Shown here piece after piece: positions 48,368 to 58,107 of a DNA stretch of 64,000 bases; within the stretch, counting starts at the first letter, position 1, and each line of letters begins with the position of its first letter. Below the pieces are notes generated by a model, which did not search any database, was not told the DNA's origin, and worked only from the letters and a program-made list of their open reading frames with translations. Origin of the DNA: a virus; the IMG/VR virus record IMGVR_UViG_3300035698_034402, positions 20,989 through 84,988 of that record; one strand, written 5' to 3'. Both the position numbers and the translations under genes were made by a program.

Positions 48368-49270
48368 GTGGCAGACACTGACTTCTACAACCGGAATCTT
48401 TATCGGTCGTACCCCCTCGTGGGATCGCCGTATACGCTGACTGACGAGGATAGGTTCAGCCGATTTGGTTTAGTAGACTTTGGCATCGTTTTCAACGAAG
48501 CTGCCGGTTTCGACCCAGACGAGGACGAGCATCGGGTGTGGCCGGTGTCGACGAACTGGAGCGCTCCGAATGTAACCGTTACGCTAAAGATCAACGCCCC
48601 GGGTACTTTGGTACACGACGAAACGATCACGCTCCACGGGGCCTACTCCGCTTTCGAGGTAGTTCCTTTTTCTCATTCAGCGGGGGGACGATTACTTTTC
48701 TACGGCTTTGCGGTAATTGGAAGACCCGAGCTGATAGCCGCCGGGATGCTTGTACAAGTTTACGACGTTGCGCTTGAATTTATCGAACGTCGCTGCATCC
48801 AGGTTCAACAGGGACATCGGGTTGATCAACTGGCGGTAGCCAATGAAGCACGCACTGTCGCTTTACCGATGTGCCCATCGGAAAGCAGCTCCTCGCTTGC
48901 TGTTGCAGCTACTGCTTACGCGCCTGGCGGCGAAGCCCTGGAGGGGCATCTTCGCTTTCGCGCGGGGTACAACTGCAATCTCGCTGTATTGCCAACTGCT
49001 AACGCTGTCCGCTTCGGGGCTAAGGTGGGCGCAGGGGCTGGAGAAGCCTGCACAGAAATCGCTCGTACCCTCGAAGAGCAGGAGCGGTTGGATGCTGGGA
49101 TCACTTTGGACCGCGCGACGTGTTGCAATGAAGTGTTCAACAGTATCAACGGGATCCCGCCGAACGCTTCCGGAGATTTCGTTTTGCAGCCCGGCCGCGG
49201 GGTAGAAATCACTAACCCCAGCGCCCATACGATTCGGATTGCTGGACGGACGTCAATGGAGGAGTGTTGA
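48368..49270 (+). CDS. Tail appendage protein, paralog 5
   Basis: DFYNRNLYRSYPL; RVDQLAV; FNSINGIPPNASGDF; Ser tract. Confidence 0.65.
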   Translation: MADTDFYNRNLYRSYPLVGSPYTLTDEDRFSRFGLVDFGIVFNEAAGFDPDEDEHRVWPVSTNWSAPNVTVTLKINAPGTLVHDETITLHGAYSAFEVVPFSHSAGGRLLFYGFAVIGRPELIAAGMLVQVYDVALEFIERRCIQVQQGHRVDQLAVANEARTVALPMCPSESSSSLAVAATAYAPGGEALEGHLRFRAGYNCNLAVLPTANAVRFGAKVGAGAGEACTEIARTLEEQERLDAGITLDRATCCNEVFNSINGIPPNASGDFVLQPGRGVEITNPSAHTIRIAGRTSMEEC

Positions 49271-51306
49271 TGAATTCCAGCTCTTCCTCCTTGCTTCCTG
49301 AATTGCTGTCGTCTTCTTCGGTTATCCCGCCCCCTCCGCCGCGGGCTTTTGACAAGGAATGCGTTCCTTCAGCAACGCCTATCGGGGACTACGATCTTAT
49401 CGACGACTGCAATTTCCCGCAGCCGCCGGACATGATTTTGACCCCGGTTGACCCGCCGATTCCCATCCCGCCGGTGGATCAAGGCTGCTTCTCCTTAAAC
49501 ATCGACGGTGAGTTGTATGTGCCGGGCGAGAGCAGCGCTATCGAGGGCGGGTTGGAGATCACTACGACTTACCCAACCGGCGACGTCTGCGAACCGGAAA
49601 TCGATATTCGCCTGAATGTCCCTTGCTTCGTAGGTTTTTCCGCGGGCGAGGGCAATGTAAGCTGGGATCCGGCAGCCGATTCTGCCTCTTTGGACTTCAG
49701 TGTTATCGAGGGAGAGGAATGTGACTTCACTCTCGACATAGATCTAACGTTGCCCTGTCCTACAGATCTGACCGGCGGCGGAGGCAGCGTGGATTACGTG
49801 CCCGGCGCCGCAGGGTCCGCGGTAGTCCGGGCTTCTGCATTGCCGGATAGCTGCGACTTTGAATTGGCCGTGGATGTGGTACTGCCCTGCCCGGGAGTAA
49901 TTACTGCCAGCGTGCGATCGGTCGGCGAGGAATGCGTGCCCCACCCGCCGACTCTGACTGTCCAAGTTACCAATCCTCCAGAGATTGTCTCTTCGTCCAG
50001 CGCACGCGAAACTTGTAATTATCATCTGGATTTCCAGCTGAATGTGCCGTGCCCAATTGATTGGCAAGGCGGTACGGTAGTTCCTGCTCTGGTCAACGCC
50101 GTAGGGTTACCTACCGGCAGTTTGATCGTTAATCTGGCCGGGATCTCTTCTTCCGTGCCTTGCGATAATGCCGCCTGTGAGCCTTATTTTACGCTGAGGC
50201 TAAACATGCCCTGCCCGGCGGACTTTTCCGGGATGGGCGGGCCGCTCAGTATTTACGCATACGATTCGGCGTCTGGTATCCCGGCGCCGTGGGCCACAGA
50301 GCCGGATGGCCGTCTCGCAGTAGACTATCAAGACGGCAGCGTATGCGCCCCGACTCTGGAGATTAGCCTGAATCTGCCTTGCCCGGTGGAGTTCGACGTC
50401 GGAGACGAGCCCTCGATCAACGTGTTGGACTCGGCTTTTTACGAGGGAGTCGATCCCCCGAAAGAACCGCCGGTGCGTAAATGGGCCTTTGGCCAGCCGA
50501 CTGGGCTATTAACTATCGATTTCGGCTCGGTAGGTGATGATTCAACGCAGTGTCTGCCTTCGTTGGATTTCTCTTTGAATCTACCTTGTCCAGCTGGCGG
50601 TTGTCATCATAGCCCGGTTACCGATGATGAGTTGAGTCTGCTTTCCTGGCGGCAAGAGCAGCCGCCGTATGACACCGATCATGAGCATCCGTACTACAGC
50701 GTTATCCCGAACGGCACGATTATGTGTGGGCAGCAGGATCCCAAGGAATACGGAGATCTGCTATATGAAGAGCCGTCCGGGCTGCTTGCGCGGATGGAGT
50801 TTGATGAGAGCTGCAATCTGGACTTCGACCTCAGTTTGTACATGCCCTGTTCGCATCGGGATCTGGGCGTCCAGCTCCGCAATTACGAAACCGGCAGTCT
50901 GCTAGGCTCGTTGGAGGGGTATTCGGTAGACGTCTCCCAGGACTACGCTGCGGCTGGAGACAATCCTTGCGCGTTCACCGACGACGTGGATATCTACCTT
51001 CCACCGAGCGGAAGCGGGGGTGGAGGGCGTTTCGCTGAAATTCTATCGGCTACGGGGCTGCGCGCGCCTTGGAACTACGTAGCTCAAGAAGTGACTTTCG
51101 AGGATTACGAGGATCCGGATTCAGTGGTCGTCGTAGAGGGGTCCTCTTACACCGGCGACAACTTTTTCAACATGGCCGAGTTCCTGCAGGACTGTCCGAC
51201 CGAGTTGTCCCCCGGCGAAATCGTGGTATTCTGGGTGACTACGGACGAGAATCAGGTGCAGATGAAAATGTTCTACAATCTCGGGCAGAAAGCGGTGTAT
51301 CTCTGA
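49270..51306 (+). CDS. Acidic Cys/Pro-rich repeat protein (8 x C-x10-P-C)
   Basis: TGATG-coupled ATG at 49270; repeats such as CDFTLDIDLTLPCP and CAPTLEISLNLPCP. Confidence 0.7.
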   Translation: MNSSSSSLLPELLSSSSVIPPPPPRAFDKECVPSATPIGDYDLIDDCNFPQPPDMILTPVDPPIPIPPVDQGCFSLNIDGELYVPGESSAIEGGLEITTTYPTGDVCEPEIDIRLNVPCFVGFSAGEGNVSWDPAADSASLDFSVIEGEECDFTLDIDLTLPCPTDLTGGGGSVDYVPGAAGSAVVRASALPDSCDFELAVDVVLPCPGVITASVRSVGEECVPHPPTLTVQVTNPPEIVSSSSARETCNYHLDFQLNVPCPIDWQGGTVVPALVNAVGLPTGSLIVNLAGISSSVPCDNAACEPYFTLRLNMPCPADFSGMGGPLSIYAYDSASGIPAPWATEPDGRLAVDYQDGSVCAPTLEISLNLPCPVEFDVGDEPSINVLDSAFYEGVDPPKEPPVRKWAFGQPTGLLTIDFGSVGDDSTQCLPSLDFSLNLPCPAGGCHHSPVTDDELSLLSWRQEQPPYDTDHEHPYYSVIPNGTIMCGQQDPKEYGDLLYEEPSGLLARMEFDESCNLDFDLSLYMPCSHRDLGVQLRNYETGSLLGSLEGYSVDVSQDYAAAGDNPCAFTDDVDIYLPPSGSGGGGRFAEILSATGLRAPWNYVAQEVTFEDYEDPDSVVVVEGSSYTGDNFFNMAEFLQDCPTELSPGEIVVFWVTTDENQVQMKMFYNLGQKAVYL

Positions 51307-52214
51307 TGGAAGGGAAGGGGCAGTTTGCTTTGGCACTGTATGACCGGGGCGGGCGCCGTCTTTGGAGAGACGTGCAGAAGAACATGCTCCATTGGGACGC
51401 TCGGCAACTAGCCTATGATGTTTTGCTCACTGGCGATCAGTCTCCGGACACCACGAGCTACTTTATCGCCCTGGATATGCGAGGCACCGGCGGCAAGGAA
51501 AACAACCCGATTTCTTACTTGATGGGTGGCGGCGGGGCGCAGAGGGACGACGACATGTCCCGGATGAGCCAGTACGAGGACTTCCTCGGCGCCCAGTATT
51601 ACCACGTGGAGCAGGCCTCTCCTCGCCACGATCTTGATTACGATACCGGATACCGCAGGGTGAAGAGGACCCCGGCGGTTCAGCGGTTCGGTAACGTTTG
51701 GCGGGTTAGGCTGCAGGCCTGGTCGGGATTCCAATGCTTAACCAGTGCCACTGCGGCGGAGGGGGCTGACGCGGACGATTGGTACTGGAAGCAAATCTGG
51801 TATCCCGGAGGTCTGGACGAGAGCTACCAAGCGCCTTGGCGCGAGGAGCAGAGTTACGGGGGGACCGCCGACGGGGGCGCGGCGCGGCAGAAGTCCGTAT
51901 GGGAAAGCGAGGTCGGTTACCCCTGGCAAAGACCGGAGGTCTACCCTGCAGGATTCTTCGACGATGGCTGGGACTTTAGATTCGATGCGCCGTACATGAA
52001 CCAAAATGCCTGGAAGACCATGTGGATGCCGATTGGGAGAGTTTCGATTATGGCCTGGGTCGGGCACTCGGGTACGCCGGAGTACAACTACGTGCCCACC
52101 TACGGTGATCCGGATTGGCGGCTGCTATGTTCCGTAGCGACTCGTAACAAGATCCTCATGAAGCCCGGGCAGTCTTTGTCCGTGGACTTCGAGGGCTTCG
52201 TGAGCGGGAGCTGA
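51306..52214 (+). CDS. Tail-collar/fibre attachment-like protein (distant paralog of 39817-40377)
   Basis: TGATG-coupled; KGQFALALYDRGG...KNMLHWD resembles the 39817 N-terminus; Trp/Tyr-rich insert. Confidence 0.55.
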   Translation: MEGKGQFALALYDRGGRRLWRDVQKNMLHWDARQLAYDVLLTGDQSPDTTSYFIALDMRGTGGKENNPISYLMGGGGAQRDDDMSRMSQYEDFLGAQYYHVEQASPRHDLDYDTGYRRVKRTPAVQRFGNVWRVRLQAWSGFQCLTSATAAEGADADDWYWKQIWYPGGLDESYQAPWREEQSYGGTADGGAARQKSVWESEVGYPWQRPEVYPAGFFDDGWDFRFDAPYMNQNAWKTMWMPIGRVSIMAWVGHSGTPEYNYVPTYGDPDWRLLCSVATRNKILMKPGQSLSVDFEGFVSGS

Positions 52215-52657
52215 TGATCACCGTCGATTTCGCAGAATTGCTCGCCAAGGCCGTGTTTTCCGGCGCCTCCGCCACGTATCCCAGCGCAATTCATTTCGGG
52301 CTGGCCTGGATCGCGCTTGATAACGAAATCCTGGCGGATCCGCTGATCGACATGTCCATGGTGGCGCCTTACGAGATCACCGGCGTGGGGTATGCGCGGG
52401 ACGAGATACTCCGGGGAGGATGGGCGGTCACCCCGGGAGTACATCCCGTGAGCCCGTACGCCGCGTGCACTTTGCAATGGAACAACACGTCCCCGGAGTA
52501 CGCGTGGCCGGTCTGCAATCACACTTTTTTATCCACCGCGGCCAGCGGGGGGACGCTGCTTGCGTTACAATACCTGGGGCAAGATGTGGTGGTGCCCTTC
52601 GACGACTTCTTCCGTATTGAAAGTTTTCGTTTCTGGTTCCGTGACTACGACGAGTGA
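52214..52657 (+). CDS. Small tail-associated structural protein
   Basis: EITGVGYARDEI...AWPVCNHTFLSTAASGGTLLA pattern seen in phage tail accessory proteins. Confidence 0.55.
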   Translation: MITVDFAELLAKAVFSGASATYPSAIHFGLAWIALDNEILADPLIDMSMVAPYEITGVGYARDEILRGGWAVTPGVHPVSPYAACTLQWNNTSPEYAWPVCNHTFLSTAASGGTLLALQYLGQDVVVPFDDFFRIESFRFWFRDYDE

Positions 52658-55275
52658 CCCCGATGCCCAAGACTATCAGCACCCTGTATCTGCAGGCCAA
52701 TTGGAAGGAGTCGAGGGCGGCGGAGCGCTCCGATCCGGCGTATAGCCCGGACCCCTGCGCCTACCCCACCAATGCTGCGGTCAAGTCCGCGTTCCAGCGC
52801 CTGGAGCAGATGATCTACGCTCTATGCGGGGCGATCCCGACTCCCGACGGGGGGACCACTTGGATGACGCCGCATGACAAAGCTCATCCACGGGCAATGT
52901 GGCCCAAGCTGTACCGGTTCCACGGCCTGGAGATACTCGAAGACGAGTACTATAATCGGAACGAATACTTGTCTCGCGGCGAAACGGATTCCCCGACTTT
53001 TTTCCCCACGTTGCCCTCTTCGAGGCCGACCTACGCCAATCACGTCCCGGTACGGCCGCGCAGCGTGCAACATGCCCGGCAATTCATGACATACTCACAT
53101 CACGAGCGGGTAGTTTTAGTCTCTCGGAATCAGGACGTGTTTCCTTACGATGTAAAAGATGACCAGGATGTAGTTTTCCTTGTTGTTGTGCAGCAAGCTA
53201 ATTTGACTGGCGCAGAAATGATCTGGCGAAAGAAGCCGGATGGCGGCTCGTGGAGCGGACTGACCCATGTCAACCTCACGCCCCCGGACTTTCCAGAGGC
53301 GACCCTTCCATCCGCTGATTTCACGCGGCTGGATGAATATGAGCTTCATTTCGAGTTTAGCTACACGGATATCCATTCCATGTGGGATCCGGATCCGCCA
53401 GCCCAGGACAGGTATAGTTTCGTGGTACTGAACCACGAAAATCCCTACGCGTACGGTTTGCCGGAGTTCGTTACTTCTGAGAACGACGATAGCTGGTTCC
53501 CGGAGGCGCCTTTCGAGGGCTGCCTGTACCAGCCGCAGGCTCACCATATCAACATGGTGCGCTGGGCGCTGAACTATTTCGGGCAGCAAGGCATACAGTT
53601 CGACCCGCGGGATCGCGACAGTCCGGAGAGTTGTTGTTACGAACAGGAGATAAAATTCCGTTGGATGGGGTCCAATGTGCCGGGGCACTATGTCTACGGG
53701 GGCAAAGGGACGACCGATTCGATCGCCTATCCCTATGCCTCGACAACTGCCGCACGACATGGCCTAAGTTCTGGCAGTCGGGGATCGCGGATGTGGTGGA
53801 GGGGGCACCCCCGCAACGTGTACAGCGATAGCTACGGGGTCAACTCTGAACCTCCGGTAACTCTGTTGGCGGAGAAGACGACGGGGGACGACGGATTCCC
53901 GTGCCACCCGTATCGTTATCAACAGGATTATCTGGGCGGGGATGAAAGTTGGATGTCCTTGCCCAATCAGTTCCCCAAGTCCGACCAGATGACTTGCGAC
54001 GACTTGCCGGAAGCAGACATGGTTGACTACATTGCGCGTCGGGGCCTGTTGGAATGCGACGAAGTGACCCCGGAACATGTTCATGAGATGGTAGATTCGA
54101 TCAACTGGTTGTGGAACAATGGACTGTGGTTCGGGGACCCGAACCTGGTAAGAGTGCGCATGGCCACGCCGTCGGCGGTGTTTGGTTCGTACTGCGGCCA
54201 CGTGATTCACCCGTTTTTTGGAGACTACGCGGAATGCGACCAGTACCATAACGAGTGCTTCATGTGTCATGTTGACGATCCGGATATCGAGCCGGGGGTA
54301 GGCGAAGTTATCGAAGGCCCGAGCAGCGCAGAATGCGACTCCCCTACCTGGGATACGGACCACCTGCTAAACAACAAAATATGCAAGTATACACTTAGTT
54401 GGAGCTTTGGGGTGCCCGATCCGGAGGACGCTACCGAAGCGGCGGTCTGCATCCGGGGAGGTCCAGGCGGCGCGCCGGAACATGGCATGAACGGAGGATA
54501 CAACCAGTGTTGCTACGGCGGAGAGAGCGCGACTAAAGCGCTTGAGGGCCAGTTTCTTGCCGAGGATTGCGGCCAGTGCACTAATTGGGATTATTCCGGC
54601 GTCCGGGGATACGAATACTGGGCTTGCGGCCCTGTAGAATGCCGGGCCAATGGGGTGGACGACTATCTCGCCACGCTTAACCCTACGAATCACGGGAACT
54701 ACTGGGACGACGGCCCCGATAGAATACAGCCCGGAGAATTCCCTTGTTGGGCGCAGTCCACCCGCGGCGGCGGCACCGATCACCGGGCTACTTCGCTGGG
54801 CAATTGTTTCGACAAGGTCTATTACTGCAACGACACGATGTACAATCTTGCGGGAGCCCCAATCGGAGAGCCTGGTTTCGGGGAGACCGTGCGCGTCAAG
54901 TGGAACGGCGTAGTGCCCGGCTGGGCGAGGGCAAGCGGCGGTTGCGGGCCGTCTCTCCCGGGAAACCCTCGGGGGCTGCATAATCTGCAAGCTGCAGAGG
55001 GCTCCTTTTACTACGGGAACCCTGATTATCCCGGGCATGAGCTTTGTGGCAGCTGTAGCGGCGATCCTCCTAATGAAGACGATACCGAACTCTGGTGTAT
55101 GGTCCGCGCCGAGCATTACCCTTCGGCGGAGATGTGCTCGCCCACGGCGGGATATTTGCGTGTCAGGGTGCCGGATGTCGGGACTAACCCGTTGACTTCG
55201 TATCCGTCCGAGGCTTCCTGGGACAGAGAATACCCGGACCACTATTGCTCCGTGTTTCAGGTGTTGACCTACTAG
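52654..55275 (+). CDS. Large Cys/Trp/Tyr-rich protein, putative distal fibre or receptor-binding subunit
   Basis: 873 aa, about 30 Cys concentrated in the C-half; two H(I/V)xxMxxxxN helices. Confidence 0.6.
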   Translation: MTPMPKTISTLYLQANWKESRAAERSDPAYSPDPCAYPTNAAVKSAFQRLEQMIYALCGAIPTPDGGTTWMTPHDKAHPRAMWPKLYRFHGLEILEDEYYNRNEYLSRGETDSPTFFPTLPSSRPTYANHVPVRPRSVQHARQFMTYSHHERVVLVSRNQDVFPYDVKDDQDVVFLVVVQQANLTGAEMIWRKKPDGGSWSGLTHVNLTPPDFPEATLPSADFTRLDEYELHFEFSYTDIHSMWDPDPPAQDRYSFVVLNHENPYAYGLPEFVTSENDDSWFPEAPFEGCLYQPQAHHINMVRWALNYFGQQGIQFDPRDRDSPESCCYEQEIKFRWMGSNVPGHYVYGGKGTTDSIAYPYASTTAARHGLSSGSRGSRMWWRGHPRNVYSDSYGVNSEPPVTLLAEKTTGDDGFPCHPYRYQQDYLGGDESWMSLPNQFPKSDQMTCDDLPEADMVDYIARRGLLECDEVTPEHVHEMVDSINWLWNNGLWFGDPNLVRVRMATPSAVFGSYCGHVIHPFFGDYAECDQYHNECFMCHVDDPDIEPGVGEVIEGPSSAECDSPTWDTDHLLNNKICKYTLSWSFGVPDPEDATEAAVCIRGGPGGAPEHGMNGGYNQCCYGGESATKALEGQFLAEDCGQCTNWDYSGVRGYEYWACGPVECRANGVDDYLATLNPTNHGNYWDDGPDRIQPGEFPCWAQSTRGGGTDHRATSLGNCFDKVYYCNDTMYNLAGAPIGEPGFGETVRVKWNGVVPGWARASGGCGPSLPGNPRGLHNLQAAEGSFYYGNPDYPGHELCGSCSGDPPNEDDTELWCMVRAEHYPSAEMCSPTAGYLRVRVPDVGTNPLTSYPSEASWDREYPDHYCSVFQVLTY

Positions 55276-55281
55276 ACCGTT

Positions 55282-55665
55282 ATGCAAAAGCTGGGCAATC
55301 TTAAAACCGTAGAGGCTGTGGACCTGGACCGCTACACGATCTGGGTGGGGGCGTATAACCCGCTGGATATCTACTCCCTGATGGTCTGCGCTTTCGTAGT
55401 TGCCCAGGTCAAGAAGTCGCTAGCGGGTATTCCCATGGAAGAGATCGAGCAGTGGATGCAGGACAATGTCGACGGAGCCGAGGAAATCTTGCAGGCCAAG
55501 CACGAGGGCAGGTTGATCCCGCTAACCCCGCCTGGCAAATGGCCTATTTCCCCGGGGAAGGCATTTGTTGAACTTCCCATTGTTCAAGAAATTCACAGAC
55601 GAGGAGGCGCTACTTGTGACATCCCCCGCCGTCCCAAATTTTCTGCAGATAACGAGCCTGAGTGA
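55282..55665 (+). CDS. Hypothetical protein
   Basis: 127-aa ORF closely following the previous gene. Confidence 0.55.
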   Translation: MQKLGNLKTVEAVDLDRYTIWVGAYNPLDIYSLMVCAFVVAQVKKSLAGIPMEEIEQWMQDNVDGAEEILQAKHEGRLIPLTPPGKWPISPGKAFVELPIVQEIHRRGGATCDIPRRPKFSADNEPE

Positions 55666-55675
55666 ACTGCTCCAC

Positions 55676-56122
55676 ATGTTAACGGTCTGCGTTTTCGTGA
55701 TCGGAGTTCACTACGTTCTGTTCAGTTCCTTGCTGACCAAGGAAATAGGGAGATGGTGGTATCGGCGCCATCACGAGTACTACGAAGAGACGCGACGGCT
55801 GCAATACGAACTTAGACGCGGCCAGGAATATCGCGAGAACGCTACTCATCCCGCGCTGGAAGCTGCAAAGCGGCTAGAAGATACCGAACTGGAAGAGCGC
55901 AAAAAACGTCTGATTGCGCTACAGACCCGGCGCCCGGGTAACCGGTGGCTGAGTTACTTTCTGGGTTGCTTCTTTTGCCAGACCTCGTGGATGGTGCTAG
56001 CGGTTAGCTTACTAGCAGGTTGTGGCTGGCACAGTCTGGCAAACATGCCGGGGTATGCCATGGTTATCGTGTGGATGAATTCTCTGATCTACCGGAGCAC
56101 TCCTCACGAGCGGACCCGATGA
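55676..56122 (+). CDS. Membrane protein with CxxC (DUF1360-like)
   Basis: ATG at 55676; three hydrophobic segments; YFLGCFFCQTSW. Confidence 0.55.
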   Translation: MLTVCVFVIGVHYVLFSSLLTKEIGRWWYRRHHEYYEETRRLQYELRRGQEYRENATHPALEAAKRLEDTELEERKKRLIALQTRRPGNRWLSYFLGCFFCQTSWMVLAVSLLAGCGWHSLANMPGYAMVIVWMNSLIYRSTPHERTR

Positions 56123-58107
56123 AGACCCCTCAGCAGTATCTCTTCCGGAATATGCAAGCGCCGGGTGACGTGCTAATGATGACCGCGGCGATCCGGGATT
56201 TACACCGGTGTTACCCTGGGCGGTTTATTACAAATGTGGAAACCACCGCGAGCGAACTATGGCAGCATAATCCTTACTTGCAGAAGGTGAACAAGAGACA
56301 CGCCGCTAAAATTACTCTGGGGTATCCGCTGATTCAGCAATCTAACCAGTGCGGGTTGCATTTTATTCAGGGGTTTATTGACGATCTTAACCGGAAGCTC
56401 AAGCTTAAGATCCGGTTGACCGAGTTCCGTCCGGACTTGCATTTTTCCAAAGAGGAGATGGAGAAGCCGCTTGTTGAGGGGCAGTACTGGGTACTGCTCT
56501 CGGGAGGGAAAGCTGATTTTACCACCAAGTGGTGGGATCCGGGGCGCTGGCAACAAGTCGTAGATGACTTAGAGGGGCAAGTCGCCTTCGTCCAGATCGG
56601 CAATAAGCCGAGCGGTGGAGGCGCTCGACACTACCATCCGCCGCTCACTAAGGTAGTTAATCTGGTGGGCAAGACCAATCTGCGGCAGGCTATCCGGGTC
56701 CTGCTGCATTCGTGCGGAGTGGTAACCCCTGTAACCTTCGCGATGCATGCAGCGGCTGCAATGGCCAAACCCACTATAGTTATCGCCGGGGGGCGCGAGC
56801 ACTGGACCTGGGAGGCGTATACCGAAGAGACTTTGCGACGCAATTTGGCCTACGCAGCGGGGTTGCTGTCCAAACCGCCGGGTAAACCCAAGGAATGGAA
56901 GCGTTGGTCTCCGCACACTGACGGGCGGTTCGTAGATCACGCGTTTGTGCCGCACCAGTTTCTTCACACTGTCGGCCAGCTAAGCTGTTGCAAGAACCAG
57001 GGATGCTGGAAGACCAAAGTTACCGAAGGGAGGCCGGAGCAGAACTGTAAAGACGTCGTACGCAGGCCGGGTCGTACGCCGCTGCCGCGTTGTCTGGACA
57101 TGATCACTTCTGCTATGGTAGTGAAAGAAATCTTGGAGCATGAAAAGCGAGTTAACCAAGGGGGACTTATGCCCACTGTCAAGGATCTGATTGTCGCTAT
57201 TCCCGGGGCCGACGCGCCGCCGCCTCCTCAAGATCCGTCTCCGGTGACTGATAAGCCTTCTAAGAGCGAGAAAAAGAAGAAGAAGGCAAAGCAAGCTGTG
57301 GCCGGGCGGCCATTAGCTCCGGCTCAGCTGCAGTTCAAACATCTTACCTTTCCAATTACAGTTTGCGGTATTGCCTACGGAGATCATGAGAAGCTGATCA
57401 TGCGTTGTCTGGAGAGCATTTACCGCTGCCTGGATATCAACCTGTTTCGGCTGCGCTACGGGATGAACGCGGTGCCGCTGAAAATCGAGAAACGCATCAT
57501 CGCTTTTTTGGAGGACAAGCCCAATCTCGAACGGATTTACCGGGCTAATCCGCAGGTCTATAAATATCCCCTGATGCGTCGGATGTTTCGTGATCCGGAA
57601 TTGCCGCTGGAGACCGACTGGGTCATGTGGTTAGACGACGACAGCCATATTGTCGATCCAGAATTTATCCGGCGCTTGGGGGAGGTAGTCGATATAAAGT
57701 TCTTGGAGCAGAACGAACGTACGCCAAAGGGGCATCACTGTTTTGGAAAGGTGTACTATTTCCATCTTCGCGGAGAGCAGATCGCGGCTACAAGCAAGAA
57801 CGGTAACCTGGGTTGGGTGGAACAGGCTTCCTGGTATTCCGGACGTCCGTACAATTTGGACCGTACTAAGCATCCTCCTATGCCCAAAAGCGATTTCTGC
57901 ACCGGGGGCTTCTGGTTGGTAAGCCGACAAGCGCTCCAAGATTGCGATGGGCCGGACCCGCGGCTGCGACATCGCGGCGGAGATATCATGTTCGGAGCTG
58001 CGCTGCAGCAGCAGGGCTTCGGCGTAGCGCAATGTTACGAGGGGGTGAGGATCAGCGATGCTGGAAAACGAGGTTTCGACGAGCCCATTGCGGGTATCCA
58101 AAAATGA
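56119..58107 (+). CDS. Bifunctional glycosyltransferase: GT9 (heptosyltransferase-like, GT-B) fused to a GT2-like (GT-A) domain
   Basis: ATGA-coupled start at 56119; APGDVLMMTAAIRDL, KWWD...WQQVV, VNLVGKTNLRQ, MHAAAAMAKPTIVIAGG, CCKNQGCWK...C...CLDMIT; Pro/Lys linker; WVMWLDDDSH (DxD), FCTGGFW, GGDIMFG. Confidence 0.8.
   Translation: MKTPQQYLFRNMQAPGDVLMMTAAIRDLHRCYPGRFITNVETTASELWQHNPYLQKVNKRHAAKITLGYPLIQQSNQCGLHFIQGFIDDLNRKLKLKIRLTEFRPDLHFSKEEMEKPLVEGQYWVLLSGGKADFTTKWWDPGRWQQVVDDLEGQVAFVQIGNKPSGGGARHYHPPLTKVVNLVGKTNLRQAIRVLLHSCGVVTPVTFAMHAAAAMAKPTIVIAGGREHWTWEAYTEETLRRNLAYAAGLLSKPPGKPKEWKRWSPHTDGRFVDHAFVPHQFLHTVGQLSCCKNQGCWKTKVTEGRPEQNCKDVVRRPGRTPLPRCLDMITSAMVVKEILEHEKRVNQGGLMPTVKDLIVAIPGADAPPPPQDPSPVTDKPSKSEKKKKKAKQAVAGRPLAPAQLQFKHLTFPITVCGIAYGDHEKLIMRCLESIYRCLDINLFRLRYGMNAVPLKIEKRIIAFLEDKPNLERIYRANPQVYKYPLMRRMFRDPELPLETDWVMWLDDDSHIVDPEFIRRLGEVVDIKFLEQNERTPKGHHCFGKVYYFHLRGEQIAATSKNGNLGWVEQASWYSGRPYNLDRTKHPPMPKSDFCTGGFWLVSRQALQDCDGPDPRLRHRGGDIMFGAALQQQGFGVAQCYEGVRISDAGKRGFDEPIAGIQK

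Noticed and set aside
8086-55287. Long minus-strand ORFs (e.g. 8086-8847, 9856-10887, 10206-10949, 30742-31479, 54367-55287)
   Set aside because: They lie entirely antisense to well-supported genes and read as GC-rich shadow ORFs without recognisable motifs.
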